DNA from: a virus
IMG/VR virus record: IMGVR_UViG_3300032360_001735
Location: 6,411-70,410 of that record
DNA: 64,000 nucleotides
Direction: 5' to 3' (one strand)
A program made the position numbers and the translations under genes. The notes beneath the pieces were generated by a model. The model did no database searches, was not told the origin of the DNA, and worked only from the letters and a program-made list of their open reading frames with translations. Below are positions 27,439-36,220 of this stretch, one piece after another (the first letter of the stretch is position 1; every line of letters begins with the position of its first letter).

Positions 27439-27463
27439 CTTTCTGATAGAAGGGCTTTACTAT
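27435..27463 (+). promoter_or_regulatory. sigma70-type promoter preceding a long non-coding region
   Basis: TTGACT-N17-TACTAT. Confidence 0.7.
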
Positions 27464-27468
27464 CTGTC

Positions 27469-27845
27469 AAAAGGTGCGAATCCTTTTCAGCCCGCCGAGA
27501 GCAAACGGTAGGGTTTCCCAAGGATGACCATAGCGGCACGCTGAGCCATCAGCTGATTCCAAAGGGCTGGCTCCTCTAAGCACAGAGGATAAAGGACGGG
27601 TGGGTAATTCCCACCGCAGTAACCCGGCGTGAGCGGTTGACCACTGTAATGAGTTTTTAAGCATAGTCCCTCAACCTTTTTATAAAGGTAAGTGGTTCCA
27701 GTTTTATTACTGGTTGTGTACTGTCTTCTGAATGTCCCATCAGAGTTTTAAAACACTGGGTCCAGAGAAAGAAGAAGCATGCTACATGGAATCCCCTACA
27801 CAGGGGGTTTCATGTCTCATCCGAAAAAGAAGCAATCATGCTTTG
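27469..27845 (+). ncRNA. candidate large structured non-coding RNA (unassigned)
   Basis: No credible ORF; about nine consecutive hairpins directly after a promoter. Confidence 0.55.
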
Positions 27846-27910
27846 GGTTACTAAAAGATTTGACAGGAGCGACATAAGGTTGTAATTTTTATTAATATAT
27901 ATAAGCCAAA

Positions 27911-28516
27911 ATGAAAACATTGTTTATTGGAATAAGTGGCGTGGCCGCATCAGGTAAGGATTTATTTTTCAACCTGCTGAAGAACGAGTTGGACAAAAGA
28001 GGAATCGCTGCTCATAAATATTCACTAGCGGACTCCCTCAAGGGGGAGGTTAATGAATACCTCAAGGAGCACCATCGAGTAGATATATTTAACTGCACCA
28101 GAAGAGAGAAGGATTCTGTCAGGCCGTTTTTAGTATTCCACGGAAGCATGAAGAGGGCTGCGTCTGAAGGTAGACACTGGATAGAAATTTTAGACAAAAA
28201 AATAACAAAAGAAAAATTAACAGGAGTTGTTTGTGTTACTGATATAAGGTACGATGAATTTGAAGGGGACGAAGTAGACTGGATAAAGGAAGAACTTGGA
28301 GGGGTACTTGTCCACATAAAGAGAGAAGCAGTAGAGCCAGCTAACGAGGAGGAAGAGAGACAAGACCCGTCTTTAATAAATAAAAGCAATTATAAAATCG
28401 AATGGCCCACGTTACAAGGGTGTCAAAAGGACATAGAAAGCCAGCTAACAAAAGAATATATAATAAAATTCTCTGATTGGCTTTTAAATGAAAACACCAG
28501 ACGACTTCCTAGCTAA
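27911..28516 (+). CDS. deoxynucleoside monophosphate kinase
   Basis: GISGVAASGKD P-loop, SLADSLK, VTDIRY. Confidence 0.8.
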   Translation: MKTLFIGISGVAASGKDLFFNLLKNELDKRGIAAHKYSLADSLKGEVNEYLKEHHRVDIFNCTRREKDSVRPFLVFHGSMKRAASEGRHWIEILDKKITKEKLTGVVCVTDIRYDEFEGDEVDWIKEELGGVLVHIKREAVEPANEEEERQDPSLINKSNYKIEWPTLQGCQKDIESQLTKEYIIKFSDWLLNENTRRLPS

Positions 28517-29063
28517 TGAAGTAAAAGAAAAAGACTGCGAAAATAGCTTGGTCGAACTCATAGGTAGACACTCCAATCTATGTTACAATATATGTCAAAA
28601 ATATATGCCCGTGATGCATGCATCTGGAATTTTTGTAGACGACGTGCTTGGTGATAAAGATTACATAATTTACCATTCAGCTAAAACTTTCGACCCCACT
28701 CGCAAAACTAAATTTTCAACTTGGCTAGGCAATCAGGTTAGGTATCATTGCCTTAATAAAATTAATAAAAATAAAAAATACGTAACAACAGAAGACCAAG
28801 AACTGAGCTTCCTTATAGATAAAGACGGAGAAATAGAGGACACAGCTGAACTCAGAGACTACATCTCAGATTTGCTAAGCAAAATAAAAGACAAGCGCAT
28901 TAAACAAATTTTTGAATTCAGATACTTCAGTAACGAGGAAAAAATGACTTGGACCGCCGTGGCGAAAAAAATCAACGTGAGCTCACAAACAGCAATAAAT
29001 TTGCACAACAGAGGATTATCCATCTTAAAGAAGAGGATGAAGAAGGACGCAGCTGTTTATTAA
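28488..29063 (+). CDS. divergent sigma-70 family factor (regions 2 and 4)
   Basis: FDPTRKTKFSTWLGNQVRY; HTH MTWTAVAKKINVSSQTAINLHNRGL. Confidence 0.8.
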   Translation: MKTPDDFLANEVKEKDCENSLVELIGRHSNLCYNICQKYMPVMHASGIFVDDVLGDKDYIIYHSAKTFDPTRKTKFSTWLGNQVRYHCLNKINKNKKYVTTEDQELSFLIDKDGEIEDTAELRDYISDLLSKIKDKRIKQIFEFRYFSNEEKMTWTAVAKKINVSSQTAINLHNRGLSILKKRMKKDAAVY

Positions 29064-29064
29064 T

Positions 29065-29078
29065 GTATATCGTCCACC
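29065..29078 (+). repeat. dispersed 14-mer GTATATCGTCCACC, copy 3
   Basis: Exact match, immediately after the sigma gene stop. Confidence 0.85.
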
Positions 29079-29138
29079 AATTACTTTTTTTGAAAAATAA
29101 TTTGACAAGGATAAACAATAGGGCTACTATAGAAAAGT

Positions 29139-29435
29139 ATGAGTACTGAAAATAATAACCAAACCAACGACAGTGAATGGAGACAGCGCGAAATGGGCGC
29201 TCTCTGGAAGAAGACTGGCAGAAACCAGACCTTCCTTTCCGGCCAGATTAAGCTCAAGACCAGTGATGGTGCTGAGGAATTAGTTCGGATCATTGTTTTT
29301 AATAACAAAAATAAGAAGTCCGATAACGCCCCAGACTTTGTGATCTACAAGTCTGAGGACAGGCGAGAACAGTCCTCCGAGCAGTCTGCTGCCTCGGAGA
29401 CGAGTACAGTAGAGGCTGACGGAAATCTCCTGTAA
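29139..29435 (+). CDS. DUF736-like putative ssDNA-binding protein
   Basis: MGALWKK..FLSGQI..FNNKNKKSDNAPDF with an acidic tail; TTGACA-N17-TACTAT promoter. Confidence 0.65.
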   Translation: MSTENNNQTNDSEWRQREMGALWKKTGRNQTFLSGQIKLKTSDGAEELVRIIVFNNKNKKSDNAPDFVIYKSEDRREQSSEQSAASETSTVEADGNLL

Positions 29436-30512
29436 ATGAGTTTTGCCGTAAACGTACCTATTAACTCCGTTTCTTTCGGGCAAACGTCAACGGCGTTACT
29501 GAGAGAAATGAAAGAGAGGTCACTTGACCCTTCGATATTTCCTATCGGGGGGCAAGTGGATCTTTCCACCCAAGAACCTAATCAAGAATTCGACCAGTGG
29601 GTGCAAAAAAACTGTCAGAAAGCTCCTGCTTCTCACAATAGGAACGTCCCTGTATTTAAACTGTGGCACCTTAACGGCTCACTTGAGTCATTTAGCGACA
29701 AACAAACTCTTCTTTCTTTTTACGAACTAGACGAACCTACTGCTGCCGAAACGAACATAGCAAGAAATCACACTGTTCTATTCTCTTCCGAATACACCTG
29801 CGAAGTCTTCAGAAACAGGGGCGCAGAAACTCATTACGTTCCCATGTTCTTTGACAAAAATAATTTTAAAAATACTAATAAAAAATACTTCGATGATGAA
29901 AGGGTAACCTTTAATATAGTAGGGAAAGTAGAGAAGAGGAAGCGTCACGAAAAAACAATCCGCGCATGGATTAAAAGATTCGGAAACGACAAGAAGTATT
30001 TCCTTCAATGCGCTGTCTACAACCCGTTCTTTAAGGACGAAGACAACAACGCGATCATCAGTAACATATGTGAAGGCCAAAAGTATTTTAACGTGAGCTT
30101 TCTTGGCTTCATGGGCAAAAATGCTATTTACAATGACTTTTTAAACTCTGCAGACATCGTTCTCGGCATGTCAGGCGGAGAAGGGTGGGGCCTTCCGGAG
30201 TTTCATTCGGTAGGGCTCGGAAAACACGCTGTAATCATGAACGCTCACTCCTACAAAGGGTGGGCTAATGAAAACAACAGCACCCTAGTCAATCCCGGCC
30301 CTAAAATGGAAGCATACGACGGAGTGTTCTTCCACAAGGGCCAAGCATTTAACCAAGGAAACATCTTTGATTACGACGAAGACGAGTTCATCGCTGCATG
30401 TGAAGAGGCGGTTAAAAAAGTTGAAAACAATAGAGTCAACGAAGAGGGACTCAAGATACAAGAAGAGTTTACTGTTGCTAAGACCCTAGATAGAATACTG
30501 GAGTTTGTCTAA
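29436..30512 (+). CDS. GT-B (GT4-like) glycosyltransferase
   Basis: VGKVEKRK, GGEGWGLPEFHS. Confidence 0.8.
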   Translation: MSFAVNVPINSVSFGQTSTALLREMKERSLDPSIFPIGGQVDLSTQEPNQEFDQWVQKNCQKAPASHNRNVPVFKLWHLNGSLESFSDKQTLLSFYELDEPTAAETNIARNHTVLFSSEYTCEVFRNRGAETHYVPMFFDKNNFKNTNKKYFDDERVTFNIVGKVEKRKRHEKTIRAWIKRFGNDKKYFLQCAVYNPFFKDEDNNAIISNICEGQKYFNVSFLGFMGKNAIYNDFLNSADIVLGMSGGEGWGLPEFHSVGLGKHAVIMNAHSYKGWANENNSTLVNPGPKMEAYDGVFFHKGQAFNQGNIFDYDEDEFIAACEEAVKKVENNRVNEEGLKIQEEFTVAKTLDRILEFV

Positions 30513-30866
30513 ATGCCTATTTACGTGTTTCAGCACCCCGAAACCAAAGAGGTTACCGAGGAGGTTCAAAGAATGAAAGACCCCCACGTCTACATAGACG
30601 AGGAAGGGGTAAAGTGGCAAAGAATATGGGCCATACCCAACGCCTCCGCAGACGTGAACATAGATGCCTTCGATCCGAATGTTTTCAATGATAAACATAG
30701 ACACAACGACAAGGCGTCTTACGGAGACATACAGGATCACGCCAAAGAATTAAGCCAAATAAGGAAAGAGAAATCAGGACTCGGGCACGATCCAGTACAA
30801 AGAAAGTACTTCGACGACTGGAGCAAGGAGAGAAAAGGGAAGAGGCACCCCGCGGACAAGGGTTAG
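30513..30866 (+). CDS. FmdB-like small protein
   Basis: MPIYVF start typical of the family; Cys residues absent. Confidence 0.5.
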   Translation: MPIYVFQHPETKEVTEEVQRMKDPHVYIDEEGVKWQRIWAIPNASADVNIDAFDPNVFNDKHRHNDKASYGDIQDHAKELSQIRKEKSGLGHDPVQRKYFDDWSKERKGKRHPADKG

Positions 30867-30969
30867 CCTATACACTTTCTATTTTTCTTTCCCTCCTAAT
30901 ATCTTTCTTCACTTTAGCCTTTCATTTTTGTTAGAACAGATGTAATATCTTACTGTCAGCAAGGCAAGA

Positions 30970-33423
30970 ATGAACTCCCCAAAGGTCACACAAGTAAAGA
31001 AGAGAAACGGAAGACTTCAGAAGCTTAACATCAATAAAATCAACCTCTGCGCTCAGAGAGCATGCGAGGGGCTAGACGACGTCTCGGCTAGTGAAATAGT
31101 TATTGACGCCAACGTCCAGCTTTACGAAAAGATTCCGACTAAAGATATTGACAGAGCTCTCGTCATGTCTGCGAGAGCTAAGATCGAAAAAGACCCCAAT
31201 TATTCCTACGTAGCAGCTAGATTGTTACTCGGAAACATTCACAAGGAGGTTTTTGGCAGCAGCGTGGACAAGGACGCATTTGACCACCAATATAGGCTCT
31301 CTTTCATTAGAAACATTAAGCTCTTAGTCAGGGAAGAAGTTCTAGACGAGAGGCTCCTCGATTTTGACCTGAAGAAGCTGTCTTCAGCCCTAGTCCTAGA
31401 AAGAGACTATAAATTTAAGTACCTTGGCTTACAGATACTATATGACCGCTATTTTCACTCCCTAGAGGAGAGGAGACTCGAATCTCCACAATCTTTCTGG
31501 ATGCGAGTAGCGATGGGGCTAGCGATAAATGAAAAAGATAAGGAAAAAAAAGCAATCGAATTCTACAACTGCATATCTAACTTCAGACTATGCTGCTCAA
31601 CTCCGACGCTATTTAACAGTGGTAGCACTCATTCTCAGCTTTCTTCTTGCTATCTTAACACTTTCGATGATTCTATCGACGGAATCTTCGAAGGGCTCTG
31701 GCAAGAAGCAAGGAAATCCAAGTTTGCAGGAGGACTAGGTTTTGACGTCACCCCTTTCAGAGCCTCAGGCTCCTACGTTAAGGGCACAAATGGATCGTCA
31801 AGCGGATTAATTCCGTGGTTAAAACTTTACAACGATACCCTCATCGCCGTTGATCAAGGAGGAAAACGTCCCGGTGCTGGTTGTGCCTACCTTGAGCCTT
31901 GGCATTTAGATATCGAAGACTTTCTCGACCTGAAAAAGAACACAGGAGAGGAAAGGAGACGCTGTCACGATATGAACACGGCCAACTGGCTGCCAGATTT
32001 GTTCATTAGAAAAATACAAAAGGACGAAGACTGGTATTTGTTTAGCCCAAGCGACGCGAGAGACCTGCACGAACTGTACGGAGAGAAATTCGACAAAAGA
32101 TACAACCACTACTGCAGAAAGGCAGACAAAGGAGAGATAGCCAACTTCAAAAAAATGAGAGCAAAAGACCTTTGGAAAAAGATGCTTCGCTCCCTTTATG
32201 AAACGGGCCACCCTTGGATGACATTCAAGGACCCCTCGAACTTTCGTTACTCCAACAGTCATGAAGGCATCGTTCATAGCTCTAACCTATGTACAGAGAT
32301 CTTTCTACACACGAAGCCCTCTCTATATAGCGAAGGAGAGAAAGTTGAAGTGGGAGAGACCGCTGTCTGTAATTTAAGCTCGGTAAACCTCAAGGAACAC
32401 TTAGATGAGAACAACGAATTAGACTTCGAGCTCTTAGCTAACACTATATCTATACAAATGAGAATGTTAGATAATGTGATCGACTTAAACTTCTACCCAA
32501 CAAAGGAAGCGGAAAAGTCTAACCTATCCCACAGGCCCGTGGGTGCTGGAAGCATGGGGTGGGCGGATGTTTTCCACGCCTATAGCATAAACTATTCCTC
32601 TGATGAAGCGGTTAAGTTCTCAGACGAACTGTACGAATACATATCCTTTCACTGTCTTCTTAATTCAAGCGTCATCGCTGCTGAGAAAGGCAAGTACGAA
32701 ACATACGAAGGATCCAAGTGGTCCAAGGATAAGCTCCCCATAGATACATACAAAAAACTAATGGATTATATCAGTGAAGAGCCCATCTCGTTCAGCGAAA
32801 GATCCTACGTGCCCGAGTCAAACTGGGACTATCTACGGAAACACATTCAAGAGCATGGCATGAGGAACAGCAACACCATGGCTATCGCACCCACCGCCAC
32901 GATCTCCTACATACAAGGGTGCAGCCCCGGCACCGAGCCCGACTTTTCTGTCCTTTTCGTATACGAAAGCAAGAGCGGAAACCTGCTTATCATAAACGAG
33001 TGGTTCGTCAAGCAGTGCAAGAAGCTAGGCATTTGGGACCAAAATTTCATAGAGACCGTAAAAGCTGTGGACGGCGACGTTTCTAGACTAAATGGGGAAC
33101 TACCAAAGGAACTCAAGGGGTGCTACAGCACGGCCTTTGACCACGATCAGTTCAAATTAATCGACGCCGCCGCAGCGAAGCAAAAATGGATAGACATGGG
33201 TCAGAGTTTAAATTTATTTAATAATAAAAGTTCATTAAAGTACTTGAATGATTTATATATTCATGCTAGAAATAGAGGCTTGAAGAGCACGTATTATTTA
33301 AGAAACAAAAGCGCGAGTCAAATCGAGAAGTCCACGACTGCCTCAGTGAGAGTCGAAACCTCCGATGAAGAGTCTGCCTCTTGCAGTATTCTCAACGGCT
33401 CAGACTGTGAGAGTTGCCAATGA
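30970..33423 (+). CDS. nrdA: ribonucleoside-diphosphate reductase alpha subunit (class I, ATP-cone)
   Basis: VKKRNG ATP-cone, TPTLFNSG, SSCYL, SNLCTEI, AIAPTA, KSTYYLR, C-terminal CESCQ. Confidence 0.97.
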   Translation: MNSPKVTQVKKRNGRLQKLNINKINLCAQRACEGLDDVSASEIVIDANVQLYEKIPTKDIDRALVMSARAKIEKDPNYSYVAARLLLGNIHKEVFGSSVDKDAFDHQYRLSFIRNIKLLVREEVLDERLLDFDLKKLSSALVLERDYKFKYLGLQILYDRYFHSLEERRLESPQSFWMRVAMGLAINEKDKEKKAIEFYNCISNFRLCCSTPTLFNSGSTHSQLSSCYLNTFDDSIDGIFEGLWQEARKSKFAGGLGFDVTPFRASGSYVKGTNGSSSGLIPWLKLYNDTLIAVDQGGKRPGAGCAYLEPWHLDIEDFLDLKKNTGEERRRCHDMNTANWLPDLFIRKIQKDEDWYLFSPSDARDLHELYGEKFDKRYNHYCRKADKGEIANFKKMRAKDLWKKMLRSLYETGHPWMTFKDPSNFRYSNSHEGIVHSSNLCTEIFLHTKPSLYSEGEKVEVGETAVCNLSSVNLKEHLDENNELDFELLANTISIQMRMLDNVIDLNFYPTKEAEKSNLSHRPVGAGSMGWADVFHAYSINYSSDEAVKFSDELYEYISFHCLLNSSVIAAEKGKYETYEGSKWSKDKLPIDTYKKLMDYISEEPISFSERSYVPESNWDYLRKHIQEHGMRNSNTMAIAPTATISYIQGCSPGTEPDFSVLFVYESKSGNLLIINEWFVKQCKKLGIWDQNFIETVKAVDGDVSRLNGELPKELKGCYSTAFDHDQFKLIDAAAAKQKWIDMGQSLNLFNNKSSLKYLNDLYIHARNRGLKSTYYLRNKSASQIEKSTTASVRVETSDEESASCSILNGSDCESCQ

Positions 33424-33599
33424 AAACCGTAAAAGAAAAAATCCTAAAAGCCATGTACAGAAGCGTAGATAGACAGAACCTCCACATTGCCCTTGGCAAT
33501 CATCAGAGCGCGGAAGCAGAGAAGTGGCTTCAGGTAAATTTGAGACATAATTTCAATGAAGTAACAAAAAAGGAGATAGATGTCGATCATGGAATTTGA
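33414..33599 (+). CDS. small hypothetical protein
   Basis: Overlaps the nrdA stop. Confidence 0.5.
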   Translation: MPMKTVKEKILKAMYRSVDRQNLHIALGNHQSAEAEKWLQVNLRHNFNEVTKKEIDVDHGI

Positions 33600-34176
33600 T
33601 TACGAAAAATACAAGGACGACCCAAGGATTTTAGATAGGTTTGCTTCTTGGTACATAAGACTAGCGAAAGACGGAACTCTTCCTCTTAGGACAGTTTACG
33701 AAAACGGTACTTTTTTTATTGGGGGAGAGAGAGACCCCTTTCGTGGCATCGGCGGAATAGTGCTATACCGTCAAGAAAATTTACAAGTTCAGCTGTTCGT
33801 TGTGCCTCCCCATTGTGTGCTCCCAGAGCATACACACCCGAATGTAGACAGTTACGAAAGCTATCTTGGTGGACCCCTTTTCTTTGAAAAAGAGGGAAAG
33901 CCAGTAATACCAAGGGATAAAATTTTTAAACTGGAGAACGAGGCCAGTACTATTTTCCCCCAAGTTTGTTTCCATGCCGTAAAAGTCCCCTCCTTCACGG
34001 CTCATGGCGCAACAACCGGCAAATCCTCCTGCTCGTTTCTTTCTATACAACATTGGAAAAACGGCATAGAACCAACATCTGTTGAGAGGGACTGGAACGC
34101 TGATGAACCAGCGTTTCCAGAACACGAAATAACATCCAACGTAGCTCTAGACGAAAAGGAAAACGATGGCAAGTAG
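33580..34176 (+). CDS. cupin-fold protein
   Basis: LPEHTHPNVDSYE (HxH...E) and AHGA. Confidence 0.65.
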   Translation: MSIMEFDYEKYKDDPRILDRFASWYIRLAKDGTLPLRTVYENGTFFIGGERDPFRGIGGIVLYRQENLQVQLFVVPPHCVLPEHTHPNVDSYESYLGGPLFFEKEGKPVIPRDKIFKLENEASTIFPQVCFHAVKVPSFTAHGATTGKSSCSFLSIQHWKNGIEPTSVERDWNADEPAFPEHEITSNVALDEKENDGK

Positions 34177-35185
34177 CACTAAAACTGGACTTCTCTTGGG
34201 CGAAGAGGTGGCTAGCGTCAACCAAATCCTGCCTCACAAACACAAGTTTGCGTGGGACTTGTTCCTCAAAGGCACAGCCAACAACTGGTCTCCAGCGGAG
34301 GTCAACATGAGCGACGACGTAGATCAATGGAAAAGCGGCGCACTCACTAACGACGAAAAACTCTTAGTCAAGCGATGCTTGGGCTTCTTTGCTGGCTCCG
34401 AATCTCTAGTAGCCAACAACCTCCTACTTACTGTTAATCGATGGATAACAGACGCAGAATGCAGGCAGTATATTTTAAGGCAAGCCTACGAAGAGTCCTT
34501 GCATAACTGGACAGTCGTCACATGCTGCGACAGCTTTAGCCTTAGGGTAGCTGAAGTTTACGAAGCGTATCTAAACATACCGTCCATAAAGGCTAAGGAT
34601 GATTTTCTAATGGAGATCACCACAGACGTTAACCGTCCAGACTTTTCCACAAAAACAGTAGAGGGCAAGAGGGAGTTCCTCAGGAATCTTATTACCTACT
34701 ACATCGTCTGCGAGGGTACGTTCTTCTTTAGTGGGTTCGCCATGCTTCTTGCTCTAGGTAGACAGAACAAGCTGCCGGGGCTGTCTGACCAAATTCGCTA
34801 TACGCTCCGTGATGAGAGCCTACACATCCAATTTGGAACATATTTAATTAACACCATAAAAGAACAGTACCCTACGGTATGGACTAAAAAGTTTGAAGCA
34901 GAGACGGTTGAACACGTCAAAAAAGCCATCGAACTCGAAGTGAGATACGTACATGACGTATTACCCCGCGGTATACTGGGGCTTAACGCGGATATGTTTG
35001 TTGAATACATGGAATACATCGGAAACAGACGACTCGAAGGCATAGGTATTGATTACCGTTTCGAGGGAGACAACAACCCATTCCCTTGGCTGTCCGAAGT
35101 AGTAGACACACAAGCAATGACCAACTTCTTCGAGAGGAAAGTCAAAGATTATCAAAGCTCCGGCTCTCTCGTAGATGACTTCTAA
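34166..35185 (+). CDS. nrdB: ribonucleotide reductase beta subunit with class Ic (R2c) signature
   Basis: LGFFAGSESLV, EESLHNWTV, CEGTFFFSGF, RDESLH, NFFERKV.DY. Confidence 0.95.
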   Translation: MASSTKTGLLLGEEVASVNQILPHKHKFAWDLFLKGTANNWSPAEVNMSDDVDQWKSGALTNDEKLLVKRCLGFFAGSESLVANNLLLTVNRWITDAECRQYILRQAYEESLHNWTVVTCCDSFSLRVAEVYEAYLNIPSIKAKDDFLMEITTDVNRPDFSTKTVEGKREFLRNLITYYIVCEGTFFFSGFAMLLALGRQNKLPGLSDQIRYTLRDESLHIQFGTYLINTIKEQYPTVWTKKFEAETVEHVKKAIELEVRYVHDVLPRGILGLNADMFVEYMEYIGNRRLEGIGIDYRFEGDNNPFPWLSEVVDTQAMTNFFERKVKDYQSSGSLVDDF

Positions 35186-35202
35186 TTTTTAGAAACAAAT
35201 AA

Positions 35203-35397
35203 ATGAAAGCACTAGTAACAGTAGCGATAGGGATGCTCATTGTAGCATCAGGTTGTTCGAGTACAGTAACCCTTGGCCCGAAGGCTAACGAGAACGAGGT
35301 TCTCGGAGCCACGGCTGGCACAGGCGGCGCGAGTTTAACTCTCCCGCTGGTCAGGGGGGAGGTGACTCCCACGACGACCACGAAGACCAAAAAGTAA
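35203..35397 (+). CDS. small lipoprotein
   Basis: MKALVTVAIGMLIVASGC lipobox. Confidence 0.7.
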   Translation: MKALVTVAIGMLIVASGCSSTVTLGPKANENEVLGATAGTGGASLTLPLVRGEVTPTTTTKTKK

Positions 35398-35415
35398 CAA
35401 TAAAGTTACTCCACA

Positions 35416-35448
35416 CCCCCGTCTTTTTTTGAGGCGGGGCTTTTTTTT
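35416..35448 (+). terminator. intrinsic terminator
   Basis: CCCCGTC...GGCGGGG followed by T8. Confidence 0.75.
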
Positions 35449-35456
35449 GTGTAAAT
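35449..35456 (+). promoter_or_regulatory. GTGTAAAT motif 6 nt upstream of a start codon
   Basis: GTGTAAAT-ATAGGT-ATG(35463). Confidence 0.7.
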
Positions 35457-35462
35457 ATAGGT

Positions 35463-35747
35463 ATGGACTATCAAATTCTCGTCAATATAGCGGTTGGAGT
35501 GGTTACCCTCATGGGCGGTTGGGTTTTTAAGATGATGATGGGAGCCGTAAATGAAATTAAAGCGGAGCACCATGACTTAATGGTCAAGCATCACGAAGAC
35601 ATAGACAAACTAAGAGAAAAGCATAATGCCCTAGCCCTTTCCCTCCCCAAAGAATACGTGAGTAAGGAAGACTTCAAGATGTTCTCAGAGAGAATGAACG
35701 ACAGGTTTGACCGCCTCGAAGAAAAAATAGACGCCCTCAAAGGCTAA
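35463..35747 (+). CDS. N-terminal TM plus coiled-coil protein (holin-like phage protein)
   Basis: ILVNIAVGVVTLMGGWVF, YVSKEDF..F..RFDRLEEKID. Confidence 0.6.
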   Translation: MDYQILVNIAVGVVTLMGGWVFKMMMGAVNEIKAEHHDLMVKHHEDIDKLREKHNALALSLPKEYVSKEDFKMFSERMNDRFDRLEEKIDALKG

Positions 35748-35860
35748 ACTCATGTTCTGGAAGGTCATAAAACGATGTGTTCTTGGCGGGTTTTTAGCGT
35801 TTGGCTTCGGAATCTTTCTAGCGTGGGTATTAACGACGTTAGTTAACAGATAAAAATGCA

Positions 35861-35887
35861 CAAAAAAACGAGCCCGAAGGCTCGTTA
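35861..35887 (-). terminator. intrinsic terminator for the convergent minus-strand genes
   Basis: AACGAGCC-TTCG-GGCTCGTT followed by a T-tract on the minus strand. Confidence 0.75.
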
Positions 35888-35899
35888 GGGTTGTTAGAC

Positions 35900-35913
35900 G
35901 TATATCGTCCACC
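35900..35913 (+). repeat. dispersed 14-mer GTATATCGTCCACC, copy 4
   Basis: Exact match, intergenic. Confidence 0.85.
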
Positions 35914-35923
35914 ACCTATTATT

Positions 35924-36220
35924 TTATTGCTTTTTTCCCCATTTGACTCTATTCCAGCATCTTTCGTGCACATAATAGATAAAGACTTTGGTAAGCACCT
36001 CTACCGCAGCTATTGTTCCGGCTATCATAGGCTCTCCCGTAACAAAATACGAAACAACAAACGTATCTGCGCTAGCTGTTATTCTCCAAGTTGAAGCCTT
36101 AAGTAAAGACCTTTTGCCTGAATCTGGCCCCTCTTCGTCTGGTAATTTTAATCTGAATTTCACCGTGTACCCCCTTTTATCTGTGTTATGTTTTGGACTA
36201 AGGTGAGGGTGTTCTCCCAC
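35924..36220 (-). CDS. DUF2061 membrane protein
   Basis: RSLLKASTWRI...KVFIYYVHERCWNRVKWG. Confidence 0.85.
   Translation of the reverse strand: MGEHPHLSPKHNTDKRGYTVKFRLKLPDEEGPDSGKRSLLKASTWRITASADTFVVSYFVTGEPMIAGTIAAVEVLTKVFIYYVHERCWNRVKWGKKQ

Noticed and set aside
27469-27845. tmRNA, RNase P RNA or group II intron (GTGCG near the 5' end)
   Set aside because: No tRNA-like ends with CCA, no RNase P P4 consensus, no domain V, and no interrupted host gene.
30970-35185. Intein, intron or homing endonuclease in the RNR locus
   Set aside because: Both subunits are of normal length with contiguous motifs; the intervening ORF is cupin-like with no HNH, GIY-YIG or LAGLIDADG motif.
1755-35913. CRISPR array suggested by the repeated 14-mer
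   Set aside because: Copies are kilobases apart, too short and have no spacer periodicity; no cas genes seen.
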